IMG/VR virus record: IMGVR_UViG_3300037722_000953
Location: 1-63,923 of that record
Direction: 5' to 3' (one strand)
DNA from: a virus
Taxonomy: Duplodnaviria > Caudoviricetes
DNA length: 63,923 nt
Numbering within the stretch: position 1 is the first letter of the stretch; every line of letters starts with the position of its first letter. Made by a program: the position numbers and the translations under genes. Below, one piece after another: positions 37,130 through 46,456 of this stretch. The notes beneath the pieces are model-generated. The model had not been told where the DNA came from. It saw nothing but the letters and a program-made list of their open reading frames with translations, and did no database searches.

Positions 37130-37746
37130 ATCAATACGACCCCCATCGCATTGCCATTGTGAAGGCTGTTTTCATACAGCCTTTTATCACCCGGCAACTC
37201 CTCAAAATACTGGACCATCCCTTTGCCAGGCGGATCGACCAGTGGATCGTAAAACGCTTCTGTAATATCATCGCATACCCAGACAGCGCCATCGGCCAGC
37301 AGTCCTGAGTACAACCCCCATTCTGTTTTCGATGGCTCATAGTGATGTGAGCTATCTTGAAACACCAAGCCTAATTTGCCGAATCTATCTACTAAATCTG
37401 ATACCTGATCGAATACCTTCGTCGAATCACCCCGGATAAAGTGGTAATTTACCCTGAATAAATCAACCTGCTCCAGATCGATGCCTATAACCTGTATACC
37501 CGCTTCACACATATAGCCAGAACCATAACCCTCCTGCACACCTATCTCCAAAGCGAGTTGCGGTTTATAGGTTCTGGCCAAGTGATAAAGAAATCTATAA
37601 TACCTGATCCTGTCTGGGTTTTTAGGGATTTGATCCAGGCATAGATGAGGCTTGATAGGCGCTTGACTTAGCTCAATCAGAGCCTCGATCTCATCCCATC
37701 CACTCATACAATAAAACTCCCCACCCACAACTTGGGTGCAAATCAT
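37126..37746 (-). CDS. Class I SAM O-methyltransferase (Methyltransf_24-like)
   Basis: LEIGV, FQDSSHHY, VCDD. Confidence 0.8.
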   Translation of the reverse strand: MICTQVVGGEFYCMSGWDEIEALIELSQAPIKPHLCLDQIPKNPDRIRYYRFLYHLARTYKPQLALEIGVQEGYGSGYMCEAGIQVIGIDLEQVDLFRVNYHFIRGDSTKVFDQVSDLVDRFGKLGLVFQDSSHHYEPSKTEWGLYSGLLADGAVWVCDDITEAFYDPLVDPPGKGMVQYFEELPGDKRLYENSLHNGNAMGVVLI

Positions 37747-38248
37747 CGTCCCTTACTTTCGAGTAAGGTAGGCTCTGGAAATATCTCCCTACCTCATTTT
37801 CTTTGGCATTCAAATCGTCAAAAATGACAACAGCACCTTTTTTCAGAAACGGCCTATAGGCTTCGAATTCTTCGCGCGCTTGCGCCTCCGAGTGCTCGGT
37901 ATCGATATGCAGCAGAGCTATCGTATCAGGCTCCAAGAAATCAGGGGGCGGCAATGAAGACTGCTCCAAGAACTGGATATTGTCAAGCTTGTTCAATACC
38001 GTATCCAGCTCAGGCTTCTTCTGGCTGTCGATGCCAAGGACTGGATTGCCGGACAGCGCCAGGCCGGTTAGGCCCCGACCGGTCTCGACGCCTAACTCAA
38101 CCAGCAAGCCGTCTAATTGTTTCGAGACAAGGTACATAAACAGGTAATATGGCGAGTAATATTCACCGCAAACTCTGAGCAGTATGTCCGGTATCGAAGT
38201 ATTTCTTTTGGCCTTAATTACCAATCTACTCAGCGTTACCAGGTTCAT
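37691..38248 (-). CDS. Class I SAM O-methyltransferase (Methyltransf_24-like)
   Basis: VELGV, LLHIDTEH, IFDD. Confidence 0.8.
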   Translation of the reverse strand: MNLVTLSRLVIKAKRNTSIPDILLRVCGEYYSPYYLFMYLVSKQLDGLLVELGVETGRGLTGLALSGNPVLGIDSQKKPELDTVLNKLDNIQFLEQSSLPPPDFLEPDTIALLHIDTEHSEAQAREEFEAYRPFLKKGAVVIFDDLNAKENEVGRYFQSLPYSKVRDDDLHPSCGWGVLLYEWMG

Positions 38249-38864
38249 ATTTCAAAAATCCCATCGGGTAGCCGATGTGTATCCGGTTTTCCAGATGCTT
38301 GTCGCCTTCCATCTCATTCCAGAAGTCCAGCATCCCGGCTATCGTGGGGCCGTAACCGCCAACAATATCATCGCAAATGACCAGGGCACTCTTGCTCAGC
38401 AATGGCCGGTACAAATCCCAATCCTTCTTGGCGTATTCGTACATATGCCAGCTATCGATAAACAGGATGTCGATAGGCTGATTGAACGCCTTGACCGCGC
38501 CGATAACGTCCCAAGTCCAGCCTTGGAGGTAGGTCAGATTTGGATACAGCGCCAATGCCTCGATGCACTTGGACTTATTTAGATCGTCGCCAGGGTCACC
38601 GTGATGATCGATTGTCACCACCTTGGCTTTGTCGTATCCTGCGGCGAAACAACAGGCAGCGGTACACTGCCACGCGCCCAATTCGACAACCAGGTCAGGC
38701 TTGAGTTCTTTGGCCAGGTGGTGAAATGTCTTGTAGTAGGGGTGTGCCGTGCCGTGATCGCGTTCATAGCCGGCTATCCGTTCATCGATGAACGGGTCCC
38801 CGGTGCGCCAATCACCTAGAGAATTGTCGATGATCTTTTGGACTTGTGCCAGGGTGAATTTCAT
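38226..38864 (-). CDS. Class I SAM O-methyltransferase (Methyltransf_24-like)
   Basis: VELGA, DILFIDSWHMY, ICDD. Confidence 0.8.
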   Translation of the reverse strand: MKFTLAQVQKIIDNSLGDWRTGDPFIDERIAGYERDHGTAHPYYKTFHHLAKELKPDLVVELGAWQCTAACCFAAGYDKAKVVTIDHHGDPGDDLNKSKCIEALALYPNLTYLQGWTWDVIGAVKAFNQPIDILFIDSWHMYEYAKKDWDLYRPLLSKSALVICDDIVGGYGPTIAGMLDFWNEMEGDKHLENRIHIGYPMGFLKYEPGNAE

Positions 38865-39292
38865 CTTATCCCAAAAGTCTCCAATAGCTCATTGCAATAA
38901 TCAATGCTTTTTGTTGTCTCGTTTCTCCAAGAAATCAAACTGAAACGCACCTCTTTTAGACCATCTTTGACCAAGCGTCTAAATTTTCTTGTCATCTCAT
39001 CGTCCAAATGGTCGATGATGAACCTATAATTTGCCATATTGAACACGGGCAAACTCATCCCGTTTGCCTCTTTTTCTTCAAGATCGACAGTCCACCTGAA
39101 ATATAAGTCAAGTTTAGGTTCATATGCCCTGAATGATACAGAGCTTATCATACCAAGTCGGTGCATCCCTGCGTTGCAATCAATGACTAAATCCCAAGGC
39201 AGCTCCTCAAACCATTCCAGCCAGATATCATTTATACCCAATGCCTTCAAGTGTTCTGCCTTTTTAGGTATGTCCTTATACTTTAGTTTCAT
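38861..39292 (-). CDS. Hypothetical protein (AT-rich)
   Basis: ATGA-coupled. Confidence 0.55.
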   Translation of the reverse strand: MKLKYKDIPKKAEHLKALGINDIWLEWFEELPWDLVIDCNAGMHRLGMISSVSFRAYEPKLDLYFRWTVDLEEKEANGMSLPVFNMANYRFIIDHLDDEMTRKFRRLVKDGLKEVRFSLISWRNETTKSIDYCNELLETFGIR

Positions 39293-39708
39293 TCTATTTC
39301 AATTTTATGATTTTTTGCTACTACGGGCCACCTATCACCATAAATATCTTTGCCGAACTTGCGTGGATTGTCCTTTGGGTAAAGCAAAATCGCGCCAAAT
39401 GGACCATCCGCACAGTAGCCATTGTAAAGTCTGGCTTCCCATCCCCACCGTTGGTATTGTTTACATATTCTTTCTGCAATATGTGCGGGTATTTTTAGAT
39501 CGCTAATCATAAAGATCAAGGACCCCACAGGCCGGTCACTACTAGTGAATGATGTACTATAATGATACGACATCCGAGATACCTTGGCATTAAACAGTTC
39601 CAGGGATGTCCTATACAGCTGATTATCAAAAGATGCTTGGTAGTCAAACGGTATATTATCAGGTGTTATCATTTTGCACTCATAACTATAGCGGTGAAGA
39701 CCGAACAC
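39289..39708 (-). CDS. Hypothetical protein (AT-rich)
   Basis: Operon-coupled. Confidence 0.5.
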   Translation of the reverse strand: MFGLHRYSYECKMITPDNIPFDYQASFDNQLYRTSLELFNAKVSRMSYHYSTSFTSSDRPVGSLIFMISDLKIPAHIAERICKQYQRWGWEARLYNGYCADGPFGAILLYPKDNPRKFGKDIYGDRWPVVAKNHKIEIE

Positions 39709-39843
39709 AAAAACGCAACAAAGGAAAACCCAATAACCTCCAGGGCTACACTTCTGGCAGTGGGCACATTCGTCACGATTCTGGTATAGTCCGTTCGGAC
39801 GTTGTTGTTATCGTCAATCGGGATGACGATTACTCTTGATTTT

Positions 39844-40164
39844 TTAGCCATCTGTAAGCCGCCACAAAAACGATTGTACCCCGGCTAGCCCCAGCACCAA
39901 CCAGACCAAATCAGGCGCCAGGTCAAAGTGCAACAGCAAACCTGTGGGAACCGCCAACCATAAGCCAACGCAATATGGACACGTAACGCCATCGTGAAAT
40001 GATCGCCACCCGGAGCGTTTCGCGCCGGCCTTTTCCCGCTCGTAGGCTTTGTTGTCGATCCAACTTCTGAGCCGGAGCATGATCCATACTGGACCGTCAT
40101 CGATGGCTACAAGCCGAGCTAGCCGGTAGAGGCTGAAGGCTGCCAAGATCAAATTGATTATCAT
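39844..40164 (-). CDS. DUF1360-family membrane protein
   Basis: YRLARLVAIDDGP...TCPYCVGLW. Confidence 0.75.
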   Translation of the reverse strand: MIINLILAAFSLYRLARLVAIDDGPVWIMLRLRSWIDNKAYEREKAGAKRSGWRSFHDGVTCPYCVGLWLAVPTGLLLHFDLAPDLVWLVLGLAGVQSFLWRLTDG

Positions 40165-40196
40165 TCCTCAGTATAGCGAAATGGTATTCGGGTGTA

Positions 40197-41036
40197 TTAA
40201 TCAGAACTCTTTAGCGCTTCCAACAACTCCGGCCTCAATTCGTACCGCGTCTTGCCAACGTGATACCGCAAAATAGCCGGTAGGTTATATGGCGATTCTG
40301 TCCTGGTCCAATCTGGATTAGCCATAGCATCTCTGGCCCATTCGTCAGCCGGCTTGCCCTCGATGCTCGGCGCTTCGTGCCAAAACGGCGCGTGCAAGGC
40401 TCGGCGCTCGATGATGTTATCCCTAAAGCCGCCAACGAGAGAAACGTCTGTTATCATCTCGTTGACAAACGGCTTGACCTTCTCCTGCCCCATTTCACCC
40501 CACTGGGTGAAATATTCGCCGCCGTATTGTGAGCAGATTTTAGGCTCAAGGTAGCGGTCGCTGTTCATCCCATCGCCAACGAAGTTGAAACTACCCTTCT
40601 GGCCGGCACGGTGAACAATCTGAGGGAACCACTTCACACGCTGGAAATTATCGCGATATTGAATGCGCCAGAAGGCAAGATCATAATTACCTTGCTCAAA
40701 TTGCTGTCTTGTTAGTTCTATTAGGTCCTCATGCCATATCTCGTCTGCCTGATAATACAGCACGTTATCATATCGACACACATCTATAAGATTATTGGCT
40801 AGCGTAGCAAAAACACCTGCGTCGATCTCGGGCCATTTGTCCTTATACAGCTTGACCTTGGAATTGCTGTTGGCGATCTCAAGCAGGCGCTCGAATGTGC
40901 CATCTGTTGAGCCTAAATCCAATACCAGAAGCTCATCGACTAATGGCAGGAGTTGGTACATCGATTCGAAGATACAGAAAGCACCGGTGAAAGTGTCTTT
41001 TATGAATACACAGGCTGAAATGGGTTCTTCACCCAC
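40197..41036 (-). CDS. GT2-like glycosyltransferase
   Basis: LDLGSTDGT, YQADE. Confidence 0.8.
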   Translation of the reverse strand: MGEEPISACVFIKDTFTGAFCIFESMYQLLPLVDELLVLDLGSTDGTFERLLEIANSNSKVKLYKDKWPEIDAGVFATLANNLIDVCRYDNVLYYQADEIWHEDLIELTRQQFEQGNYDLAFWRIQYRDNFQRVKWFPQIVHRAGQKGSFNFVGDGMNSDRYLEPKICSQYGGEYFTQWGEMGQEKVKPFVNEMITDVSLVGGFRDNIIERRALHAPFWHEAPSIEGKPADEWARDAMANPDWTRTESPYNLPAILRYHVGKTRYELRPELLEALKSSD

Positions 41037-41901
41037 TATTCTTCATCTCCTCTAGTCCTTGTTCGATGCTCAGTAGCCTAGTTCCCAGCCCGTGCAATCT
41101 ACCCAGGTCATAGCTGGTATCTTTTGGCCTGGACGCGATTGTTTCAAAGTGGCTCGACAACACCGGCCCTAGCAGGCTGCCATCCAGTCCCCACGTCCTG
41201 GCCACCTGCTGTCCAAATTCATAAAGCGTCACTTTGTCATCGGTCGCCACGTTAAATATTTCATCCACTCTATGTTTGTGTTCTAGTATTTTCCAAATCG
41301 CAGAGGCGCAATCAGGTGCGTAGGTCGGCTGCCATATGGTATCATCGACCAACTTTAATGGTTGATTTTGCTGCAATTTGTTTTTGATGATGACCGCCCA
41401 GTTGGTGCGGCCACCCGGATAATGCCAGCCGTAAAGCAAGAAAGGCCGGATAATGAGCCAACCACGGGGGTAGTCCTCCACTCTTAACTCAGCCTGCCGC
41501 TTGATCTTGCCGTAGGCATTAACAGGATTGAATGGTCCCGTTTCAGCATATGGCGGATTGTCACCATTGTATACGGCGTTGGTCGAAATATAGACAACCC
41601 TGGCTCTGCAATCGCTGGCAGCGCGCAAAATATTTGCAGTGCCATCGACATTAGTCCTATACGCCTCACGGTAATTCTCTTCTGCAAAATCTACATTACC
41701 GTTTGCGGCGCAGTGGATAACAACATCTGGTTTAGCCTGGGAGAATACGTACCTAACCTGGGACTGGTCGCAAATATCCATTTGGTAAGATGGATGGTTG
41801 GGATAGTTGGTATACCAGGTCGAATGAATAGTATGACCAGAACCTGTCTCGATTAAGGACTTACCCAGGAGTGACGAGCCGCCGGTAATCAAGACCTTCA
41901 T
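41029..41901 (-). CDS. rmlD: dTDP-4-dehydrorhamnose reductase-like SDR
   Basis: ITGGSSLLG, PDVVIHCAA, YISTNAVY, PVNAYGKIK, PTYAPD, RPKDTS. Confidence 0.85.
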   Translation of the reverse strand: MKVLITGGSSLLGKSLIETGSGHTIHSTWYTNYPNHPSYQMDICDQSQVRYVFSQAKPDVVIHCAANGNVDFAEENYREAYRTNVDGTANILRAASDCRARVVYISTNAVYNGDNPPYAETGPFNPVNAYGKIKRQAELRVEDYPRGWLIIRPFLLYGWHYPGGRTNWAVIIKNKLQQNQPLKLVDDTIWQPTYAPDCASAIWKILEHKHRVDEIFNVATDDKVTLYEFGQQVARTWGLDGSLLGPVLSSHFETIASRPKDTSYDLGRLHGLGTRLLSIEQGLEEMKNSG

Positions 41902-42689
41902 TGATACTTCTCCAAATCTGTCTCAAGCATTCCATCTGGTCTAATCCGGTTGTGGTGCCAATATCTATATTCTGGACCTAGTACATAACGATGTTGATTA
42001 GTCACCCGGCAATGCAATTCTATTCTACCCTCTAGTAATGCCCAATATTCAGGAAATGGGCCACCCGAAACATTCACATTCCCATCCCAACCCGGCTGAT
42101 TAAAATCCGCTTGCCTAAATTCTTCGGTTCGCGCCATAAACATCTGTTGGCTAATCCGCCGCGTAAACCGTTCCCCCTCTCCATCATTAGGCGAGACCAT
42201 AAATACGCTGGGGTTGGCCTTTAATATATTGATGCCTCTTCGTACCCACGAGTTTGGTTGCCTAACCATCCGGCAATCGTTATCGGCAAAAACAATGTAG
42301 TCCGACTTGGATAGCATCACAGCGGCCAGGTGATTGGCAACGTGGTTCTTCCAGGTATGTCGCCTATCGGTATCGGATACATATTGAGGTTTGTCTATAT
42401 TTATGTCAAAAGCAAAAATGATACTGTCTAAGTCCTCAATGGTGAACATTCGAATATGATCCCTAGGAAAATCCTGGAAGGGTATTAGCTGTTCGCCTTT
42501 GTAATCGTCAGGGCAGCACAATTGATGGATAACGATTATCTCATCAAAATCGTAGCCGTTAGATTCCACCTGCTTCTGCAACTGCCCCGGCGCGTGTAAT
42601 CTATGAGCATCTTGAGAATAGCAGAACGTTGCGAAGGACACACTAGGTATCACTGTCATATCTCTCTCTAAGCGATAGACTTTTCTCAT
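41898..42689 (-). CDS. GT-A (GT2-like) glycosyltransferase
   Basis: FDEIIVI, DYIVFADND (DxD). Confidence 0.6.
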   Translation of the reverse strand: MRKVYRLERDMTVIPSVSFATFCYSQDAHRLHAPGQLQKQVESNGYDFDEIIVIHQLCCPDDYKGEQLIPFQDFPRDHIRMFTIEDLDSIIFAFDINIDKPQYVSDTDRRHTWKNHVANHLAAVMLSKSDYIVFADNDCRMVRQPNSWVRRGINILKANPSVFMVSPNDGEGERFTRRISQQMFMARTEEFRQADFNQPGWDGNVNVSGGPFPEYWALLEGRIELHCRVTNQHRYVLGPEYRYWHHNRIRPDGMLETDLEKYQ

Positions 42690-43447
42690 TATCCCATCAA
42701 CCTCTTATAATTTACGCTATCCTGATACCTCAAACAACCCAACAGCGGCTTGAGGATTTCAGGTATATCAAATGGCGTCGATTGGTAATGCCAGATTTGT
42801 TGTTTCAAGAAACCGTCAGCGCTATCGACAAAGGTTGAATGATTGAAATGTACCGGCACATGCAGGTAACTGGGCTGCACGCTCCGCCATAATTTAGCCT
42901 GATTGTAATTACGTATTAGCCAGTTATCCCTGAAGCAATTTGTGATGTCCCACAGGTACCCGTAGGTCATACCAACCGTATCAATCAATCCCTTGAAGTT
43001 GGTCGTATGCCCCTCTTTCGTGACAGTCCCTTTCTGAAATACCCTATGAACCGCTTCGGGATACCAGCGGCATCGTTGGAAATCCTGTTCGAGCTGCAGG
43101 CGGTAAACCTGTATCTGCCTCCAGCCCATATCGATCTGTTTTCGGATCTCTTTTATCAGGCTGTCCGAAAATACCTCGTCTGCCTCAAAATGGATTATAA
43201 TGTCGTGCTCACATTGGCAATGCAGCAGGTGAGCTTGCTTTAATGTTTCACCGGCCCTATTTCCCCACAGGCCGTCGATGACACGCACCCCCAGCCGCTG
43301 TAGCACGTCGCGCGTGTTGTCTGTCGATTGGCAATCGGCAACCACTATTTCGTCGACGTAATCCTGAACGGATACGATAGCCTCGATGATTGGGTAGCCG
43401 GCCTCGATAAGGTTGTGACCGTAGGAGAAAGCGGATACTTTAGTCAT
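42689..43447 (-). CDS. GT2-like glycosyltransferase
   Basis: MTKVSAFSYGHN...GYP, DEIVVADCQSTDNT, FEADE. Confidence 0.8.
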   Translation of the reverse strand: MTKVSAFSYGHNLIEAGYPIIEAIVSVQDYVDEIVVADCQSTDNTRDVLQRLGVRVIDGLWGNRAGETLKQAHLLHCQCEHDIIIHFEADEVFSDSLIKEIRKQIDMGWRQIQVYRLQLEQDFQRCRWYPEAVHRVFQKGTVTKEGHTTNFKGLIDTVGMTYGYLWDITNCFRDNWLIRNYNQAKLWRSVQPSYLHVPVHFNHSTFVDSADGFLKQQIWHYQSTPFDIPEILKPLLGCLRYQDSVNYKRLMG

Positions 43448-43833
43448 TAAACTATTCTCCAGCGACGGGAGAATGTAACATAAGTAATCATCGCTTCCCC
43501 GCCGGACGGACGGAGAGCAACAAGGTTTTTTATTGACCCCGAGATTACACAGCAATCACAGCAATGGATTATAACTCTGCCACTTTTGTATTCACCGGGC
43601 GAGCCGCTGCCCTCTTGATAGATTATATCAAGATCAACAGAATCCATCTCTGTCAAATACTGAGCATTGGGCATTGTCCCGGTTAAGGTGATTTCGCCCT
43701 TGATGAACCCTTTGTCATCCCGGCCGCCCGCCCCTTGTATGATAAACACTCCAATATTTTCCAAGTAAGTAGGACCACCCGCCCTCATCTCAAATACATT
43801 TGTTTTGCTATTGATCCAGTAGCTTATCGTCAT
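43447..43833 (-). CDS. Hypothetical protein
   Basis: Operon-coupled. Confidence 0.45.
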   Translation of the reverse strand: MTISYWINSKTNVFEMRAGGPTYLENIGVFIIQGAGGRDDKGFIKGEITLTGTMPNAQYLTEMDSVDLDIIYQEGSGSPGEYKSGRVIIHCCDCCVISGSIKNLVALRPSGGEAMITYVTFSRRWRIV

Positions 43834-44011
43834 TGGAATATCCGGATTGCAATTGCCAAGTATAGCATCCCGAACGGAAAAGGTATCCAGCGGTATAGTT
43901 GCTTTGCTATAAGTTTACCCGTAATTTCGACATTCAGAATTACCTTGGCCAATTCCCCAAAAATCGCACCCACAACCGACCAGATAACCATCGATAGAAT
44001 ATACCAAATTA

Positions 44012-44851
44012 TTATCGCCATTTGCTCAGCACGCTCTCTTCTACTGCTGCCCGTACCATCTTGCCGAACTGATACGTTTCTGTCATCATATGATGCGCTT
44101 CCTGTCCAATCCGTTGAAACTTCCCGTAATCGTCATCAAGTAACTGTTTGATCTTCGACACGATTCCATCATATCCGGCTGTGATCATCGTCTCTGAATT
44201 CCAGGGATAGGCATCGTACATACTCTCCGAGATAATCGGCAGCGCATAAGCGGCAAACAGGGCGAATCGAAGAGGCTCTTGAAACGGGTGGTTGTCCTGA
44301 TGGATGTTAAGGCCGAACATCGATTGTTTTAGTGTCTTGTCGCGTTCATCGCCCCAACAGTTGGGGCCTATCCTGATGCCGTCGAATGCATCGATTATCC
44401 CTTTGCGCCTGTCAGTCAGGTACATCAGGTGGGTGAAGTAATATTTATGTGGCCCTCTTTGCGACAGGTCGGCCAGCCCTTTGTCGCTGCCCAGGATAAC
44501 AAAATTGAGCCGCGCCTCGCTGGCTAGTTGCCGGTCGCTAACCCATATCTCGTCAAACCAGCGTCGATAGAAAAGCGTTCTGGCATTTTCTTTGTACCCC
44601 CCTATTCCGCCGCGTGGAATGGGTCTTTCCAGGTCCCATAAGATCAAATGCGCTTCACGCGGCTTGCCGTTTTGGCTATCGATGTGCTGAGGCCATTCAG
44701 CCGGAGACCAGGGGGAAGCGATATAGACACCCGGCTTGGATACGTCTAGCTCGTCGATGTATATGATCGGAAAGCCGGATAGCTCGGCCAGTTTGAAAAA
44801 GTCCATATACTGGTCGTAGTGGTGCCGCGTTCTTACAAAAACGATATCCAT
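44012..44851 (-). CDS. CgeB-like GT-B glycosyltransferase
   Basis: WGDERDKTL...GLNIHQ...EPLRFALFAAYALPIISE. Confidence 0.65.
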   Translation of the reverse strand: MDIVFVRTRHHYDQYMDFFKLAELSGFPIIYIDELDVSKPGVYIASPWSPAEWPQHIDSQNGKPREAHLILWDLERPIPRGGIGGYKENARTLFYRRWFDEIWVSDRQLASEARLNFVILGSDKGLADLSQRGPHKYYFTHLMYLTDRRKGIIDAFDGIRIGPNCWGDERDKTLKQSMFGLNIHQDNHPFQEPLRFALFAAYALPIISESMYDAYPWNSETMITAGYDGIVSKIKQLLDDDYGKFQRIGQEAHHMMTETYQFGKMVRAAVEESVLSKWR

Positions 44852-45111
44852 TGAAAGTACGCCCCTGGATACATCAACTCACTTTCAAGTAACCACTTTC
44901 TCCCTACGTCTACTAAAAAGCCCCCCTTACCCTCGACACATCCCGGACAGTACCAGGAGCCGTCATCGACCGCAACTGGCAAGCTGTCTATTCTTAGTCG
45001 TTGCCAATGTGCGTCGTAGATCGTGTTTATAAAGTTCTCCCAAGATATGCCTTTATCATACCTTAGGCCTTGATGACAAGTATCATTATTCTTGCAGACT
45101 ACTAGAGGCAC
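44833..45111 (-). CDS. Hypothetical protein
   Basis: Operon-coupled; Cys-containing. Confidence 0.4.
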   Translation of the reverse strand: MPLVVCKNNDTCHQGLRYDKGISWENFINTIYDAHWQRLRIDSLPVAVDDGSWYCPGCVEGKGGFLVDVGRKWLLESELMYPGAYFQWISFL

Positions 45112-45872
45112 TACTCCACCCTATCTAAATTAAAATAAGGATGAACTCTCATAACCTCCGGCAACAGTATCTTATCGAACGGCTCCGGGGTCCAGAAATC
45201 CTTGTCATTTGTCGGATGCACATCGGTTATGCCCGGCTGCCAATTGTGCCATTTTTCTTCGAACCAATTCGGGCGCAAGTCGTTCTTGTGACCGTGAATG
45301 GACCACTTGTACCGCATTATGTCATCAGTCACAGCATAGCCAAAGTGATAAACCTCACCAAGCTCGCGGTCCATGTACCGGGTGTCGTTGTTGTCAGCCG
45401 TCAAGTCGATGAACCGGACCGGCCAACCGTTGTCACGGCACACGTGGTTGAACGACCGCCACATATGCGTCATATTCACCAGCCAATTTCTGGCCCCACC
45501 AAGATCACCTTTAATGCGCTGCATCATCCAGAGCAGAGTTTTGCCCGGCCAAATCTCGTCGTAGTCAACAACCAAAACAACGTCGGCACCGTTTCGCTTG
45601 CACAAATCAACGGCCCAGTCGCGCTGTTGTCCCTCTTGCGAAAACTCGGCTTCGTATACCCTGAACTTATTAGTTCGGATAGAGCCAATTTCTTTATGGA
45701 TGTCCTCTTTTGTATCGGGATTTCTAGCTAACGTCGAGTGACCGTGCGAGGGGGTGGGGGTATAGATGATATGAGCTAGATCGACGAACGGCAATACTTG
45801 CTCGATGGCTTCAAGAAGGTACGCCTTGCCGTAATGGATTATGGTGTAGGATTGAAGGTTCACTAAAACCAC
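45111..45872 (-). CDS. GT2-like glycosyltransferase
   Basis: QQRD, VVDYDEIW, YHFGYA. Confidence 0.7.
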   Translation of the reverse strand: MVLVNLQSYTIIHYGKAYLLEAIEQVLPFVDLAHIIYTPTPSHGHSTLARNPDTKEDIHKEIGSIRTNKFRVYEAEFSQEGQQRDWAVDLCKRNGADVVLVVDYDEIWPGKTLLWMMQRIKGDLGGARNWLVNMTHMWRSFNHVCRDNGWPVRFIDLTADNNDTRYMDRELGEVYHFGYAVTDDIMRYKWSIHGHKNDLRPNWFEEKWHNWQPGITDVHPTNDKDFWTPEPFDKILLPEVMRVHPYFNLDRVE

Positions 45873-45978
45873 CTCTCAGTCAGTCGATCAATGAGCTTGG
45901 TTATATACGGCCTCAAAAAAACGCGGTAAGAAATTACACCTATTGCAAATCCTACCGAGAAAGGAGATAGATGATCCA

Positions 45979-46230
45979 TCAATCCCACCATAAGTTATGC
46001 TCATAACCATCTTTCTTATATTCATCAGGATTTAACAAAGATATTGAAAATGTCTCAAACCCATCCAACTCTCTAGTCATAGATAGTTGGAATCTATCGA
46101 CTTTACCGGCTATGTATGCGACAGGCAATCGTTCGAGAATAGCCGTTGTTAGATAGATCGTAGGCCGATTGTTTGCCCCCCACCTATCGCTATTTTCCTT
46201 TAATTGTTCAAATATTTCATCACCCGTCAT
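45979..46230 (-). CDS. Hypothetical protein (AT-rich moron-like)
   Basis: GAGGAGG RBS. Confidence 0.55.
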   Translation of the reverse strand: MTGDEIFEQLKENSDRWGANNRPTIYLTTAILERLPVAYIAGKVDRFQLSMTRELDGFETFSISLLNPDEYKKDGYEHNLWWD

Positions 46231-46400
46231 TTTTGCCTCCTCTGGGCAAGATTCATTTATTTACTTGATTCACTTGCAGGATTGCCACAAGAACAAAAAA
46301 GATCGCCCCTTGTATCGGCAATGACGATCCAACTATGAATGCACCCATACTCATTAAGTGTGATCGACGTAAAAAAAGTCATTCTCGCCTCCTCTGGGCA

Positions 46401-46450
46401 TATTGACCTGCTGGCTCCTATCATATCACAGTTAAGCCAGCAGGTCAATA
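46401..46450 (-). promoter_or_regulatory. Promoter embedded in a 16-bp inverted repeat, heading the glycosylation island
   Basis: TTGACC(46448-46443)-17-TATGAT(46425-46420) with TG; IR 46401-46416/46435-46450. Confidence 0.65.
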
Positions 46451-46456
46451 CTTCAA

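Noticed and set aside
40164-40200. Leaderless promoter (TATACT) before the DUF1360 gene
   Set aside because: No convincing -35 at proper spacing; too weak to call
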